Source: Mobula hypostoma
Taxonomy: Eukaryota
DNA length: 64,000 bases
Direction of reading: 5' to 3'
Assembly: GCF_963921235.1 (NCBI RefSeq)
Contig: NC_086097.1
Location: 202,060,001-202,124,000 of the forward strand
A program made the translations under genes and the position numbers. Under the pieces are notes generated by a model, which was not told the origin of the DNA, made no database searches, and saw only the letters and a list, made by a program, of their open reading frames with translations. Of this stretch, positions 1 through 13,205 are shown piece after piece; within the stretch, counting starts at the first letter, position 1; every line of letters begins with the position of its first letter.

Positions 1-1445
1 AGATGACATCAGATTATGACTAACAGGTCCTCAGGAAAAGGAGCACAAAAACGGTGCAGGACAAATTCAAAGAATATTTTCCAGGAAAGCACAAGACGAG
101 ACGAAACATGTGCAGTGAGAAATACTACAGAAAGAGGGAACGGTAGAGCTCAGTTCAAACAATAGCAAGCAAAACAAAGAGCAGATAAAATGTCCAACTG
201 CAAAAGATGCGGCAAGTGGCCATTCCATGTCAAAGGGGTTTGTCCAGCAAAAGAAGTGAAATGCCACCTATGCAATAGAGTTGCCCATTATAAAAACCAG
301 TGCCACTCAAAAACAGTTCTTCAGGAGGTCAAAGAAGAGCGTGACTCAGACAAAGAGAGAGCCTTCCTTTGGGCTCTAGATTCAAATAGACAAGACTGGT
401 GTACTATGATTCAGTTGCAAAATGAGACCGTGATGTTCAAAATGGACACTGGGGCAGATGTCACAGCCATTCCCGAATGACTGTTCACAAAACTGGTGAA
501 GAAAACATGCATTATGCTAAACCCAACAAAGAAAGTGCTCATAAGGCCAAGGAAACATAAGCTCAATGTGAAAGGAATGTTTACTACTTCCATCTGTAAT
601 AAAATGAGACAGATAATAGAGGATGTCTATGTTATTCAAAATATCTTCTGTCACACTACTGGGATGACATGCTGTCGAGCAGCTGAACCTCATTGAAAGG
701 TTGGATTTACTCAACAATGTTCAGTGACAGGAGAAGTGCCCGGGGTTGTTCACAGGCCTGGAGTACTGAAAGAAGAATACCTTATCCAACTGAGGTCAGG
801 AGTGACATCCCACTCTCTGACCATAACTAGGCATATACCATTCCCACTGACAAACAAAGTAAAAGCTAAATTTGAGAGAATAGAGATGCTTGTCATGATA
901 ACTAGAGTGAATGAACCTACTGACTGGTATGCAGGCATTGTTCCTGATCCCAACTTAGATGGCACAGCAAGGATCTGTGTTGATCTAACAAAATTGAATA
1001 CTACAGCAAGATGGGAGAAGTTTAATCTAGCCTCTTTTGAGCACACATTGGGGATGCTGGGTAGAGCAAAGTTCTTCACCAAACAAGATGCAAATTTAGG
1101 GTTCTAGCAGATCCATTTAGCACCTGAGTCACAGAGGGTGACAGCATTTATAATACCATACAGACACTAAGCCTTCAAGAGTCTCCCTTTTGTCATCTCT
1201 TCAGCCTCTGAACTCTTTCAGATGAGGATGAACTAAATTTTGGAGGGACTGGAAGGAATAGTCTACCACATAGATGATATACTCATCTTTAGAGGCTCAA
1301 GTAAGGAACATGACAACAATGGAAGCTGCCTTGGAGAAACTGAAACAGGCTGGAATCACCCTGAGCAAAAAGAAATGCAAATTTGCAGAGTTGGAGGTGA
1401 AGTTCGTAGGCCACCAACTGTTCTCAGAGGAATTGCAATGAGTTT
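1..1445 (+). mobile_element. Gypsy/Ty3 LTR retrotransposon, degenerate gag-pol 5' part (zinc knuckles, protease, RT)
   Basis: ORF 190-480 has CKRCGKWPFH and CHLCNRVAHYKNQC knuckles plus protease DTGAD. ORF 724-1107 has RICVDLTKLN and KQDANLGF. ORF 1240 has the YHIDDIL catalytic motif. Many stops and frameshifts. Confidence 0.9.
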
Positions 1446-2390
1446 CAGACAAACTGGCAGAAGTTGGGAACATGGAACAAACTTCAAATGTATTAGAGTT
1501 ATGGATGGAACTTATTACACAGTTCCATCCATAATGCCTCACCAGATACGTTTGCCAGTTTGTCCTTTAGCAGCGAATCATCAAGAATGATGTAAGAGTC
1601 TTTTTCAAGCCAGTAAAGTCTGAGTTCATGAGCTCCTTTTTGAACAGCTGGCCATCCACACTCACAGTACAGCATGACTTTCCTGCAGATTTGGTGCTTC
1701 TTCAACTCAGTGCAAATTTCATCTAGTTTACTCTGTGATGCAGGAAAGCTTTCACGTACTTGAGCTAGGTAGACATTGGTATCTTCCATGAAGTGGTATC
1801 CATCCACACACTTTTGCATGGTACCTTCAACAGTGTCTGGTGGTGTGAAAGATTTGCCAGTGACATGTTCAATGTCATAACAGTATTCCATAAGCCTCAT
1901 TCTGAATCTTCACAGACGTGGACCCAAGTCATCCAAGTGTTTCAAGCTGAGGACACTGACAAGTGGCTTGTGGTTTATTTCAAGTAGTAATTTAGTGTGT
2001 GCACAAGCCCACACAAGAGCCAGCATCTTCTTTTCAATTTAGGCATAATGCTATTCAGTAGGAGTCAGTGCTCTTGAAGCATATGCCACCGATTTCCATA
2101 CACCATTGCAGTTTTGCATGAGCACTCCCCTGTGGCCAAAGGAAGAGGTACCTGCTGAGACCTTGGTTGCTTTGCTTGGACCAAAGAACACCACTGTTGG
2201 CGGAGAGATAAGCTCAGCTCTAAGTGACGGGAATGACTTCCCTGCAGAGTGCTCCAGGTCCAAACATTTCTCTGAGAGAGGAGGTCACGTAGTGGCTTTG
2301 TTTCCTCTGCCAAATCTGGAATACACTTTCCCAGGTTTACTATGCCAAGGAAACAGCAGGTCTTTGATACATTCGTACATTGTAACTTCC
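1446..2390 (-). mobile_element. Gypsy pol continuation (connection, RNase H, toward integrase), inverted relative to the 5' part
   Basis: Minus-strand ORFs read FLGIVNLGKCIPDLAEETKPLRDLL (2065-2454), VAYASRALTPTE (2051-2263) and RLMEYCYDIEHVTGK (1499-1900). These are the segments that normally follow RT. Confidence 0.85.
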
Positions 2391-4062
2391 GGGGCACAAT
2401 CAAGGAAGGCAACTTGTGTGAGCAGCTCCAATGGAAACCATCAAATACTTCCATTACAGTTTGCTACAGCTGAGAACCACAACTACACCTAAGATTAGTA
2501 ACACCATTTTAATGCAATTAAAAAAATATATCGCTACTTAAAATTGCCAGAACACAAATAGACTCTGTTCACTGGTATGGTTTCCCTTTAAGACATCGGA
2601 GTGCTGTACCAGAGGAACATTAGGACCAGTTGCGTTTTCTGTTTCACAGAATCTTGGTTAAACCCTTCTGTTCTGGTGGTAGTGACACAGATTGATAAGC
2701 TCACAATTTACGACCAATATAGACTGCTGAATCTTTCAAAGGAAGAGGAAGGTGGAGTAAACTTCATGGCCAACTCTTTGTGGTGTACAAATCTTGTGCT
2801 GCTGTCTCAGTCCTGCACATCCAATCTGGAACACCTTGCGAACAAGTGTCATCCATTTTATCTGCCATGGAAGATTTCAGCGATCATCTTGGTAGCAGCC
2901 TACATTCCACCTCAGGCCAGTGTGAAACAGGCTCTAGATAACCTGAGCAATGTGATCAACAGACACAAACAACACATCATGATGCCTTCCCTAACTTTAT
3001 TGGGGATTTTAACCAGGCCAGCTTGAAAAAGTCTCTAAATAATTATTACCAACATACTTGCAGTATCAGAGGAACCAACACACTGGACTAGTGTTACACC
3101 ATCATCAAAAGCACTTCTCATGCTATCCCACACCCACACTTTGGAAAGACCAATCACCTAGCTGTACATCTACTCCCTCAGTATAGGCAAAGACTGAAGA
3201 CTGCAGCACCAGGAGTGAGGATTAAGAATGTATGGACAAAGGAGGTGCAGGAGTGATTACAGGACTGCTTTGAATCAGTGAACTGGACTGTATTCAGGGA
3301 TTCATCTCAGAGTCTGAACTAGTATACCACGGCTGTTACTGACTTCATTAAAACTTGTGTGGATGAGTGTGTGCCTACAAGAACTTACTGTACATACCTG
3401 TATCAAAATCAGTGAATGAACCAGGAGATCCATTGTCTGCTGAGGGTTGATCTAGTGACCCAAGTCTGTCCAAGAAAACCAGGTACAATTTGCGGAAGGC
3501 TATTTCAAGAACTAAAGAACTCCAAACTAGGCTGGAGGCGAAATCGGATGCACATCAACTCTGGCAGAATTTGCAAGCTATTACTTCCTACAAAGCGAAA
3601 CCTAAAATCATGAATGGCAGTGATGCTTCACTTCCAGATAAACTCAACATCTTTTACGCTCGATTTCAAAGGGAATATGAAACTACAGCTATGCAGATCC
3701 CTGCAGCATCTGATGACCTTGTGATCTCAGAGGCCAACGCCAAGCTGTCTTTCAAGAGGGTGCACCTTCGAAAGGTGACAAGCCACAAGCCACGATGGAG
3801 TACCTGGGTGGCTCTGAAAACCTGTACCAACGGACCGGCAGGGATGTTCAAAGCAACATTCAATCTTTCATTGCTACAGTCAGAAGTTCTCACCTGCTTC
3901 AAAAGGGCAACAATTATACCTACAGTGATGTAGTGCTTTGAGAGATTGGTTATGGTTAGAATCAACTCCTGACTCAGCAAGGACTTGGACCCACTGCAAT
4001 TTGCCTTCAGCCACAATAGGTCTAAAACAACTGTGATCTCATTGACTCTTCAAGTGACCTTG

Positions 4063-4707
4063 TGTAGGGCTCTCAGTAATACTAGACGGACTGTTAACTG
4101 TTAATCGTTTATTACCAAAATGGCTTCTCTGAGGTGTTATATTAAAATGGCTTCTCGTACTGTTAACTGCTGAGCAAGGGGTTCTCTGTAATAGCAATGC
4201 TTGGGTTATACAATATGATAATGGAAACTGTATTCATTTGCTAGCCAATGGAAGTCATGTTCTGTTATCTTGTATATGTATGCAGAGTTGAGGAGCACGG
4301 GCTTTTTCGGGAGGCGAGCGGAGAGGATGGACGTTTGAGGAACGGACAGCGGTTCCAGGGCGGCGGATACCGGACCTCGGGGGGTTCGGAGGGTGGCCGG
4401 AGTCTCAGAAGCACATTGCGGATGGAATCGGAGGCGTGAGCTCCAACGTATTAAAATATTATGTGCACAAGACTGATAAGTTACTTATGTGGCACCTTTT
4501 CTTTTAGTTGTTGCTACTAACCCATCACCAAAATTTGCTATAAAGTATAATTCTTTACTCGCACTTTGTATATTGTTTCATATTTGTGTCGTGGCTGATC
4601 ATTGGGCGACTCACACCTTATCCACACAAAAGCATTTGCACTGTTTGGCGGGGTCGACAGCTATTCACCCTGGGCAACGGGAGTCAGTGGGAGCAAAGGC
4701 CATTACA
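4063..4707. mobile_element. Solo LTR (645 bp)
   Basis: Starts TGTA and ends TACA, with a 4-bp TSD CTTG (4059-4062, 4708-4711). The Rex1 sequence rejoins when it is removed. Confidence 0.85.
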
Positions 4708-4987
4708 CTTGGATCATCTGGACAATACAAATGCCTATGTCAGGATGCTGTTTATTGACTACGGCTTAACATTAACACAATCATTCCTGCAGTTCTGATC
4801 GAAAAGCTCCAGAACCTGTGCCTCTGTACCTCCATCTGCAAATGGATCCACAACTTCCAAACCAGAAGACCACAATCTGCACAGAGCGGAAACATCTCCA
4901 CCTCGCCGACAATCAATACTGCCACATTTCAGGGTTGTGTGCTTAGCCCACTGCTCTACTCTCTCTACACTCATGACTGTGTGGCTA

Positions 4988-5303
4988 AAAAAAAAGGTAT
5001 CTGTTCGTCTTATGAGACTATGGATCTGCGCCTGGAAAGTCTTCACTCTCCAGGGTGCAGGCCTGGGCAAGGTTGTATGGAAGACCGGCAGTTGCCCATG
5101 CTGCAAGTCTCCCCTCTCCATAACACCAATGTTGTCCAAGGGAAGGGCATTAGTACCCATACAGCTTGGCACCAGTGTCATCGCAGAGCAATGTGTGATT
5201 AAGTGCCTTGCTCAAGGACACAACACGTTGCCTCGGCTGGGGCTCGAACTCACGACCTTCAGGTCGCTAGTCCAATGCCTTAACCACTTGGCCACGTGCC
5301 CAT
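4988..5303 (-). mobile_element. tRNA-derived SINE with CORE-like domain, copy 1
   Basis: A box TGGCCAAGTGG, B box GTTCGAGCC and CORE-like GTCCTTGAGCAAGGCACTTAA. 12-bp TSD ACTGTGTGGCTA (4976-4987, 5304-5315). Confidence 0.9.
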
Positions 5304-5920
5304 ACTGTGTGGCTATGCGCAGTACAAATACCATCTATAAATTTGCCGACAATATAGCCATTGTTGGCAGAATTTCAGATGGCGACAGGAGAGTGTACAG
5401 AAGCGAGCTAATTCAGCTAGTTGAGTGGTGTCACAGCAACAACCCTGCACTCAATGTCAGTAAGACCAAAGAGCTAATTGTAGGCTTCAGAAAGGGTAAG
5501 CTGAAAAAACATACACCAGTCCTCAAAGAGGTTTCCAAAGTGGAAAGAGTGAGCAATTTCAAATTCCTGGATGTTAATCTAACCTGGACCCAACATACTG
5601 ATGCAGTTACATTTCATTAGGAGCTTGAGAAGATTTGGTATGTCACCAAAAACACTTGAAATTTTCTACAGATGTACCATGGACAGCACTCGAACTGGCT
5701 CCATCAGCATCTGGTTATGGGGGCTGGGGGAGGGGGGGGACCTATTGCACAGGTTCGAAGTAAGCTGCAGAGAGTTGTAAACTTGGTCAGCTCCATCATG
5801 AGCACTAGCCCCCATAGTATCCAGGACATCTTCAAGGAGCGATGCCTCAAAAAGGCGGTGTCCTTCAGTAAGGAGACCCATTACACAGGACATGCTTTGT
5901 TTTCAATGTTACCATCAGGA

Positions 5921-8900
5921 AACAATGCTTTCTTAGCAGTCGCCATCAGAATAGTCTGAGTCAGAGTAGTAAGGCGAGAACAGACAGAGCAAGTCAAGTA
6001 GCTAAGTTCTTTCTTTATTTCTTATTTTCTGAATTAACTCTTGAGAAAATAGTGGGTTTGTCTGCAGAGCCAGTGTGCTGTTCCAGGCATCAGATGTGGG
6101 ATTTCTGGGAGACTACCAACCTTCCCAATGGTTACATCTACACCAGGTGCATCAAGATACAGCTCATTAGAGACCATGTTAATGGACTGGGGTTGCAGCT
6201 CGATGACCTTCGGCTTGTTAGGGAAAGTGGAGCGATGATAGACAGGAGCTACAGGGTGGTAGTCACCCCAAGGCAACAGGAGACAGACTAATGGGTGGCT
6301 GTCAGGTGAGGGGAGGGAGAATGTCAGAAAGTGGAGAGGACCCTTGTGGACATCCCCTTCAACAATAAGTACTCCATTTTGAGTACTGTTGGTGGGGTGG
6401 GTGTACCTACCGGGGGGAAGAAACAGTGGCCCTGCCTCTGGCACTGAGTCTGGCCGTGTGGCTCAGAAGGGCTGAAAACTGAAGAAGATGGCAGCAGGAA
6501 TAGGGGACTCCATGGTTAGGGGACAGATGGGCGATTCTGTGGATGCGAAAAGGAAACATGGAGAGTGCCAAGGTTGAAGATGTTTCTGAACACGTCCACA
6601 ATATCCTGAAAAGGGAGGGTGAGCAACCAAAACTTCTGGTACATTTTGGTACCAATGATATAGGTAGAAAAAAGGAGAAGGTCCCAAAAATAGAATACAG
6701 GGAGTTAGGAAGGAAGCTGAGAAACAGGACCTCAATGGTAATAATCTCAAAACAGTGAGGATAGGTATAGAATAATATGGCAGACTAATGTGTGGCTGAA
6801 GAATTGGTGCAGGAGGCAGCGATTCAGATTCCTGGATCATTCAGACCTCTTTTGGGGCAGGTGTGACCTGTACGAAAGGGAAGAGTTGCATTTGAATCCG
6901 AGGGGGACCAATATCCTTGAAGGCAGGTTTGCTAGAACTCTTGGGAGTGGTCTACACTAACATGGCAGGGGGATGGGAACCAGTATGATAGAGCTGAGGA
7001 TGAGCCAGGTTTACAAGTAGGTGATGTAATATGTATGAAAGGAAGGATAAGCCAATGACTGGGGTCAGGACTGCAGGTGCTGTATTTAACTACATGTAGC
7101 ATTTGTAATAAGGTGGACAAACTCATAGTGCAATTAGAGATTTGTCAGTGTGACACTGTGGGCATCACTGAGTCATGGCTGAAAGGAGTCATAGTTGGGA
7201 GCTTAATATCAAAGGATATATTTTGTCTCGAAAGGACAGGCAGGAAGGCATCGGTGATGGTGCAGCTCTATTGGGAAGAGATGGAATTACATCTTTAGAA
7301 AGATATGACATTGGGTCAGAGAATGTCGAATCTTTCTGGGTGGAGTTAAGAAACTGCAAGGGTGAAAAAAACATTTTGAGAATATATAGGCCTCCCAATA
7401 GTAGCCAATATGTAGGGTTGAGATTGCCAAGGGAGCCAGAAAGGGCTTGTAATAAGGGTAATGTCACAATTGTAATTGCAGACTTCAATATGCAAGGGGA
7501 TTGGGAAAATCAGGTTGGGGATTGGGAAAATCAGGTTGGTGTTGGATCACAGAGAGGGAATTTGTTGAATGCCTACAAGAACCAGAATCAGGTTTATTAT
7601 CACTGGCACGTGACGTAGCTTTTTAGGGCAGCTTGTGCTCATGCCTACTAGGAGAAAGGTTATCTTAGATTGGGTGCTGTGTAATAACCCAGATTTTATT
7701 AGTCAGCTTAATGTAAAGGACGCCTTAGGAGGCAGTGATCATGATATGATTGAATTCATATTGCATTTTGAGAGGGAGAAGCATAAGTCACATATATCAG
7801 TATTGCAATGCAATAAAAGGAATTACATAGGTACGTGAGAGGAGCTTGCCCAGGTGGATTTAGGGGAGATACTGGCAGGGATGACAGCAGAACAGAGGTG
7901 GCTGAAGTTTCTGTGAATAGCTCACAAAACGCAGGATAGATATCTCCAACAGATGAAATAGTTCTCACATGGCAGGGCTAGGCAACTGTGGCTGACAAGG
8001 AAAGTTGAGGACTGCATAAAAGCCAAGGACAGGGCATATAAGGTTGCAAAAGTGAGTAGGAAGTTACATCATTGGGAAGCTTTTAAAATCCAACAAGAGG
8101 CAACTAAAAAAATCTATAAGAAGGGTAAAGATGAAATAATGAGGGCAAACTAGCCAATAACATAAACTAGGATACTACAAGTTTTTTCAGTTATATAAAG
8201 AATAAAAGGGAGGTGAGAGTTGATATCGGACCACAAGAAAATGATGCTGGTGAGGTCATAATGGAGGACAAGGAAATGGCAGATAAACTTAATGAGTACT
8301 TTACTTCAGTCTTTACTGTGGAAGACACTGCTGTATGCCAGAGGTCCGTGAGTGTCAGGGAGCAGGAGTGAGTGCCATTGCTATTACAAAGGAAAAAGTG
8401 CTAGGCAAACTGAAAGGTCTTAAGATGGATAAGTCACCCGGACCAAATGAACTACATCCCAGAGTCCTGAGAGAGGTTGCTGAAGAGATAACAGATGCAT
8501 TGGACTTGATCTTTCAAGAATCACTTGATTCTAGGATAGTCCCGGAGGCCTGGAAAATTGCAATTGTCACACCATTCTTCAAGAATGCACAAAGAGGAAA
8601 TTATAGACCAGTTCGCCTAATCTCAGTGGTTGGGAAAGTGTTTGGAGTCTGCCATTACAAACAAGGTTTTGGGATACTTGGAGATAATGATAAAATAAGT
8701 CAAAGTCAGCATGGTTTTAGTAAAGGGAAATCTTACCTGACAAACTAATAGAATGCTTCAAGGAAGTAAAAAGCTAGATAGACAAAGGAGAGGTAGTAGA
8801 TGTCACTTACTTGGACTTTCAGACGGCATCTAATGAGGTGCCACACATAAGGCTGCTTAACAAGATTCTATGGTTACAGGAAAGATACTGCATGGATAGA

Positions 8901-9807
8901 GGAATGGCTGACAGGCAGGAGGGAGTGAGTGGAAATAAAGGGGCCATTTCTGGTTGGCTGCCAGTGACCAGTGATGTTACTCAGAGGTCAGTATTGGGAC
9001 TGCTACTTTTCACATTGTCAATGATTTAGATAGCGGAATTGATGGCTTTGTGGCAAAGTTTGCGGATGATCCAAAGATAGATGGAGGGGTAGGTAGTGCT
9101 GAGGAAACAACATGATTGCAGCAGGGCTTAGGCAAATTAGAAGAATGGGCAAAAAAGTGGCAGATGAAAATGCATGATAATGCATTTTGTTAAAAGGAAC
9201 TATAGTGCAGACTATTATCTAAATGGGGAGAAAATTCAAACATCATAAGTGCAGAGGGACTTAGGAGTACTCATGCAAGACTCCCAGAAGGTTAATTTAC
9301 AGGTTGAGTCGACAGTAAAGAAGGCAAATACAATGTTGGCATTTATTTCAAGGAGAATAGAATATAAAAACAAGGAGATAATCCTGAGCCTTTATAAGAC
9401 ACTCGTAATGCCACATTTGGAGCATTGTCAACAGTTTTGGGCCCCTTATCTCAGAAAGGATGTTTGTCATTGGAGAGAGTCAGAGGAGGTTCACAAGGAT
9501 GATTCCAGGAATGAATTGGTTAACATATGAGGAGCATTTGGCAGCATTTAGAACAGAGATAAGGAGGAAATTTTTTAGCCACAGAGTGTTGAATCTGCGG
9601 AATGCTCTGCTACAGACTGTTGGGGAGAGCAAGTCCGTGGGTATATTAAAGGTGGAAGTTGATAGATTCCTAATTGGTCCGGACATCAAGGGATTATGGT
9701 GAGAGGGCAGGTGTAGGGGGTTGAAAGGAATCCAGGATCAGCCATGGTGAAATGGTGAGCAGACTCGCTGGGCTGAATGGCCTAATTCTGCTCCCATGCC
9801 TTATGGA
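5921..9807 (+). mobile_element. CR1 LINE, near full length but decayed (SGNH esterase-like ORF1; APE-RT ORF2), inserted into the Rex1 element
   Basis: ORF1 has GDSMVRG and VHFGTNDIGR. ORF2 has VGITESW, YRPPNS, GGSDH, KSPGPNELHP, NYRPVRL and FADD, ending in a CR1-like CCTTATG tail. Confidence 0.9.
7496..7537 (+). repeat. 21-bp tandem duplication within CR1
   Basis: GGGGATTGGGAAAATCAGGTT occurs twice in a row. Confidence 0.9.
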
Positions 9808-10080
9808 AGGAGGTACAGGAGTGTGAAGGCACACACTCCAGGACTCAGGAACAGCTTTTTCCCCCTCTGCCATCTGATTTCTGAATGAACGTTGAACCCA
9901 GGAACACTACCTCACTACTTATCTTCTATTTTTGCACTATTTATTTAATTTAAATATTTACAGGAGAAACTTACGGCAATTCAGTTTTTTTCTCTATTAT
10001 GTATTGCATTGTACTGCTGCTGCAAAGTCAACAAATTTCACAACATATGCTGGTGATATTAAACCCAATCCTGATTCTGA
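9808..10080 (+). mobile_element. 3' end of the Rex1/Babar element split by CR1
   Basis: Resumes the LPSG|RRYRS frame (GAAGGAGGTACAGGAGT) and ends in a GATTCTGA-type tail. Confidence 0.8.
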
Positions 10081-12080
10081 TAAGAAAGGTATGACCACAT
10101 TAATGGGACTAGGTTACAGACCAGCCAACACTCTGGAGGGATTTAGAGGAACAAATTTGTGGAGAGATCCCAGACTGTTGCAAGAAACATAACGTTGTAA
10201 TAGTAGGTGATACTAACTTTCCACATATTGACTGGGACTCCCACACTGTAAATGGACCAGATGGGAGAGAGTTTGTCAAAAGCATTCAGGAGTTTCCTAT
10301 ATCAATACGTACAAGTCCTAACAAAAAAAGTGTGCAACACTTGATCTCCGATTGGGGAAGGTGACAGACATTTGTGTAGGGGAACACTTGCATCTAGTGG
10401 CCACAACGCCATTAGTTTCAAAGTAAATATGGAAAAAAATTGGTCTGGTCCGTGGGTTGAGATTCTAAATTGGAGAAAGGCCAATTTTGATGGTATCAGA
10501 AAGGATCTGGCAAGTGAGGATTCGGATAGGCTGTTTTCTGGCAAAGGTAAGAGGAAGACTTTCAAAAGTGAAATTTTGAGAGTACGCTTGTACGTGCCTG
10601 TCAGGATAAAAGGTAAGGATAACAAGCGTAGGAAGATATTTGAGGAGATATTGAGGCCTTGGTTAAGAAAAAAAAAAGTGCATAGCAGATAGGAACAAAT
10701 GAGGTACTCAAGGAGTATAAGAAATGCAACAGAACACTTAAGAAAGAAATCAGGAGAGCTCAAAGAAGGCATGAGGTTGTCCCAGCAGATAGGTGAAGGA
10801 GAATCCTAATGGATTCTATGGACACGTTAAGAGCAAAAGGATTGCAAGGGACAATATTGGTCCTCTAGAAGATCAGAATGGTTGTCTCTACGTGTGGATC
10901 CAAAAGAGATGGGGAAGATCTTAAATGGATTTTTTGCACCTGTATTTACTTAGGGGACAGACACAGATTCCATGGAAGAGTGGCAAAAGAGCAGCAAGGT
11001 CGTAGACCCTATACAGATTAAAGGGGAGGAGGTGTTTGCTATCCTGAGGCAAATTAAGGTGGATAAATCCATGGGGCCTGAAAAGCTGTTCCCTCAGATC
11101 CTGTGGGAGGCAAGTGCAGAGATTGCAGGGGCCCTAGCAGAGATAGCGACAGGTAAGGTGTTGGAGGATTAGAGGATAGCTAATGTTCTGCTGTTTAAGG
11201 CTAAAATAAACTAGAGTATTATAGACCAGTGAGATCAGTAGTCAGAAAGTTATTAGAAAGTTATTCTAAGGGACATATGAGTATTTAGATCGTCACGAAC
11301 TAGTTTAGAATGTTCAGTATGGCTTTGTTTCAGGTGGGTTGCATCTAACCAATGTTATAGATTTGTTTGAGGAAGTTTCCAGGAAAGTTGATGAAGGCAA
11401 GGCAGTGGATGCTGTCTACATGGAATTTAGTAAGGCATTTGACAAGGTCCCGCATGGGAGTTTGTTCAAGAAGATTTAGTTGCTTGGTGTTCAAGATGAG
11501 GTAGTAAATTGGATCAGATATTAGCTTTGTGGGAGAAGCCAGAGAGTGGTAGTAGATGGTTGCCTCTCTAACTGGAGCCCTGTGACTCAGAGTCCTGTAG
11601 GAATCAGTGCTGGGTCCATTGTTGTTTGTCATCTATATCAATAATCTGGATGATAATGTGATTAACTGGATCAGCAAATTTGTGGGTCACTCCAAAACTG
11701 GGGGTGTAGTGGACAGCGAGGAAGACTATCAAAGCTTGCAGAGGGATCTAGACCAGATGAAAAAAATGGGCTGAAAAATGACACATGGATCTTAATGCAG
11801 ACAAGTGCAATCTGTTGCACTTTAGGTCCAACCAGGGTAGGTCTTGTACAGGTAACGGGAGGGCATTGAAGAGTGCTGGATCTGGGATTACAGGTCCATA
11901 ATTCATTGAAAGTGGTGCATGAGAGCTCGAATTCAACATTTGAAGTCTGGATAGGCACATCGATGACAGGGGTATGGAGGGCTCTGGCCCAGGTGCAAAT
12001 CGAAGGGAGTAGGCAATTGAAATAGTTCAGCATGGAGCAGATGAGCCAAGGGGGTTGGTTTCTGTGCTGTATTTTTCTGT
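10081..12080 (+). mobile_element. CR1 LINE ORF2 fragment (second subfamily)
   Basis: Motifs ILNWRKANFDGIRKDL, VDKSMGPE, KAFDKVPH and SVLGPLLFVIYINNLD. Confidence 0.85.
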
Positions 12081-12677
12081 AAGTGCATGAATAACACCAT
12101 TACAGAGTCTTCAACACTTCCTTAATACATAATCCTCTGGGAAACAATCCCTGCATCTAAAAAAAATGGTTCTTTGCAAAGGCACTTAATTTCTGTTGAT
12201 TGTATTTTTAAGGCAACATGATTTGAACCAATTTATGCTGTACCTGAGGCAATCAGATACAATTGGATTGTCTCAAATTCTGTACTGCTGAAAGAAATGG
12301 GGGTTTTAACATTACTTTCAGAGAGCCAGGACAGAGAAGATTAAGATAGCATGGTCTTCATGATGAGAGAAATATTAGGGATGAAGCTGATAGGCTGGAG
12401 TTTGCAAGACAGTTAAAAAAATAGCCCCACCTTGGAATATGAGTTGTTGGCCTCCTTGAAAATTCCTTGAAAATTCACCAGATGGAACAAACAGTCAATT
12501 TTTTTTGGAGGGGGTTACTGGCATCAGTGGCAAGACCAGCATTTATTTGCTTTCTCAATTGCCCTTGAAGGTGCTAATGGACCAGCTTCTTGAAATAAAA
12601 GTCATCCTGGTAAGGGTGCTACTGGAGAGATGGTTCCAAGACTTCAACCAAATGTATTCAAAGGATGGCAACATGAA

Positions 12678-13205
12678 CACAATGGCCACTGTATTAGGTA
12701 CACCCATACACCTGCTTGTTAATGCAAATTTCAAATCAAGCAATCATGTGGCCACAACTCAATACATACAGGCAGGCAGAGAAGCTAAGAAGGTTCAGTT
12801 GTTGTTCAGCCCAAGCATCAGAATGGGGAACAAATGTGATCCAAGTAACTATGATTCATGGATTGCTGCCAGATAGGGCAGTTTGAGTATATCTGAAACC
12901 GCAGATCCTCTGGGATTTTCACACATAACAGTCTCTAGAGTTTACAGAGAATGGTGTGATTTAAAAAAAACATCTAGAGTGCAGCAAATCCATGAGTGAA
13001 AATGCCTTGTTAACAAGAGCAGTCAGATGAGAATGGCTAAACTGGTTCAAACCAACAGGAATTTATCAGTAACTCAAATAATGCATATCACAATAGTGGT
13101 GAGCATCTCTGAACAACATGTCAAACCTTGAAGTGGATGCACCATAGCAGCAGAAACCACACTGGATTTTACTTCTTTCACCTAATAAAGTGGCCACCGA
13201 GGGTA
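12678..13205. mobile_element. Tc1/mariner non-autonomous element
   Basis: Imperfect TIRs TGGCCACTGTATTAGGT and ACCTAATAAAGTGGCCA; TA at the right end. Confidence 0.7.

Larger units (their letters stand above)
2590..5920 (+). mobile_element. Rex1/Babar-type LINE (APE endonuclease + RT), decayed and interrupted by a solo LTR and a SINE
   Basis: Motifs CVFCFTESWL, HPFYLP and YIPP (APE); [21 protein letters not shown] and LNVSKTKELIVGFRK (RT). Confidence 0.85.

Noticed and set aside
4937..5620. 227-aa ORF as a gene
   Set aside because: A chance fusion of antisense SINE sequence with Rex1 RT.
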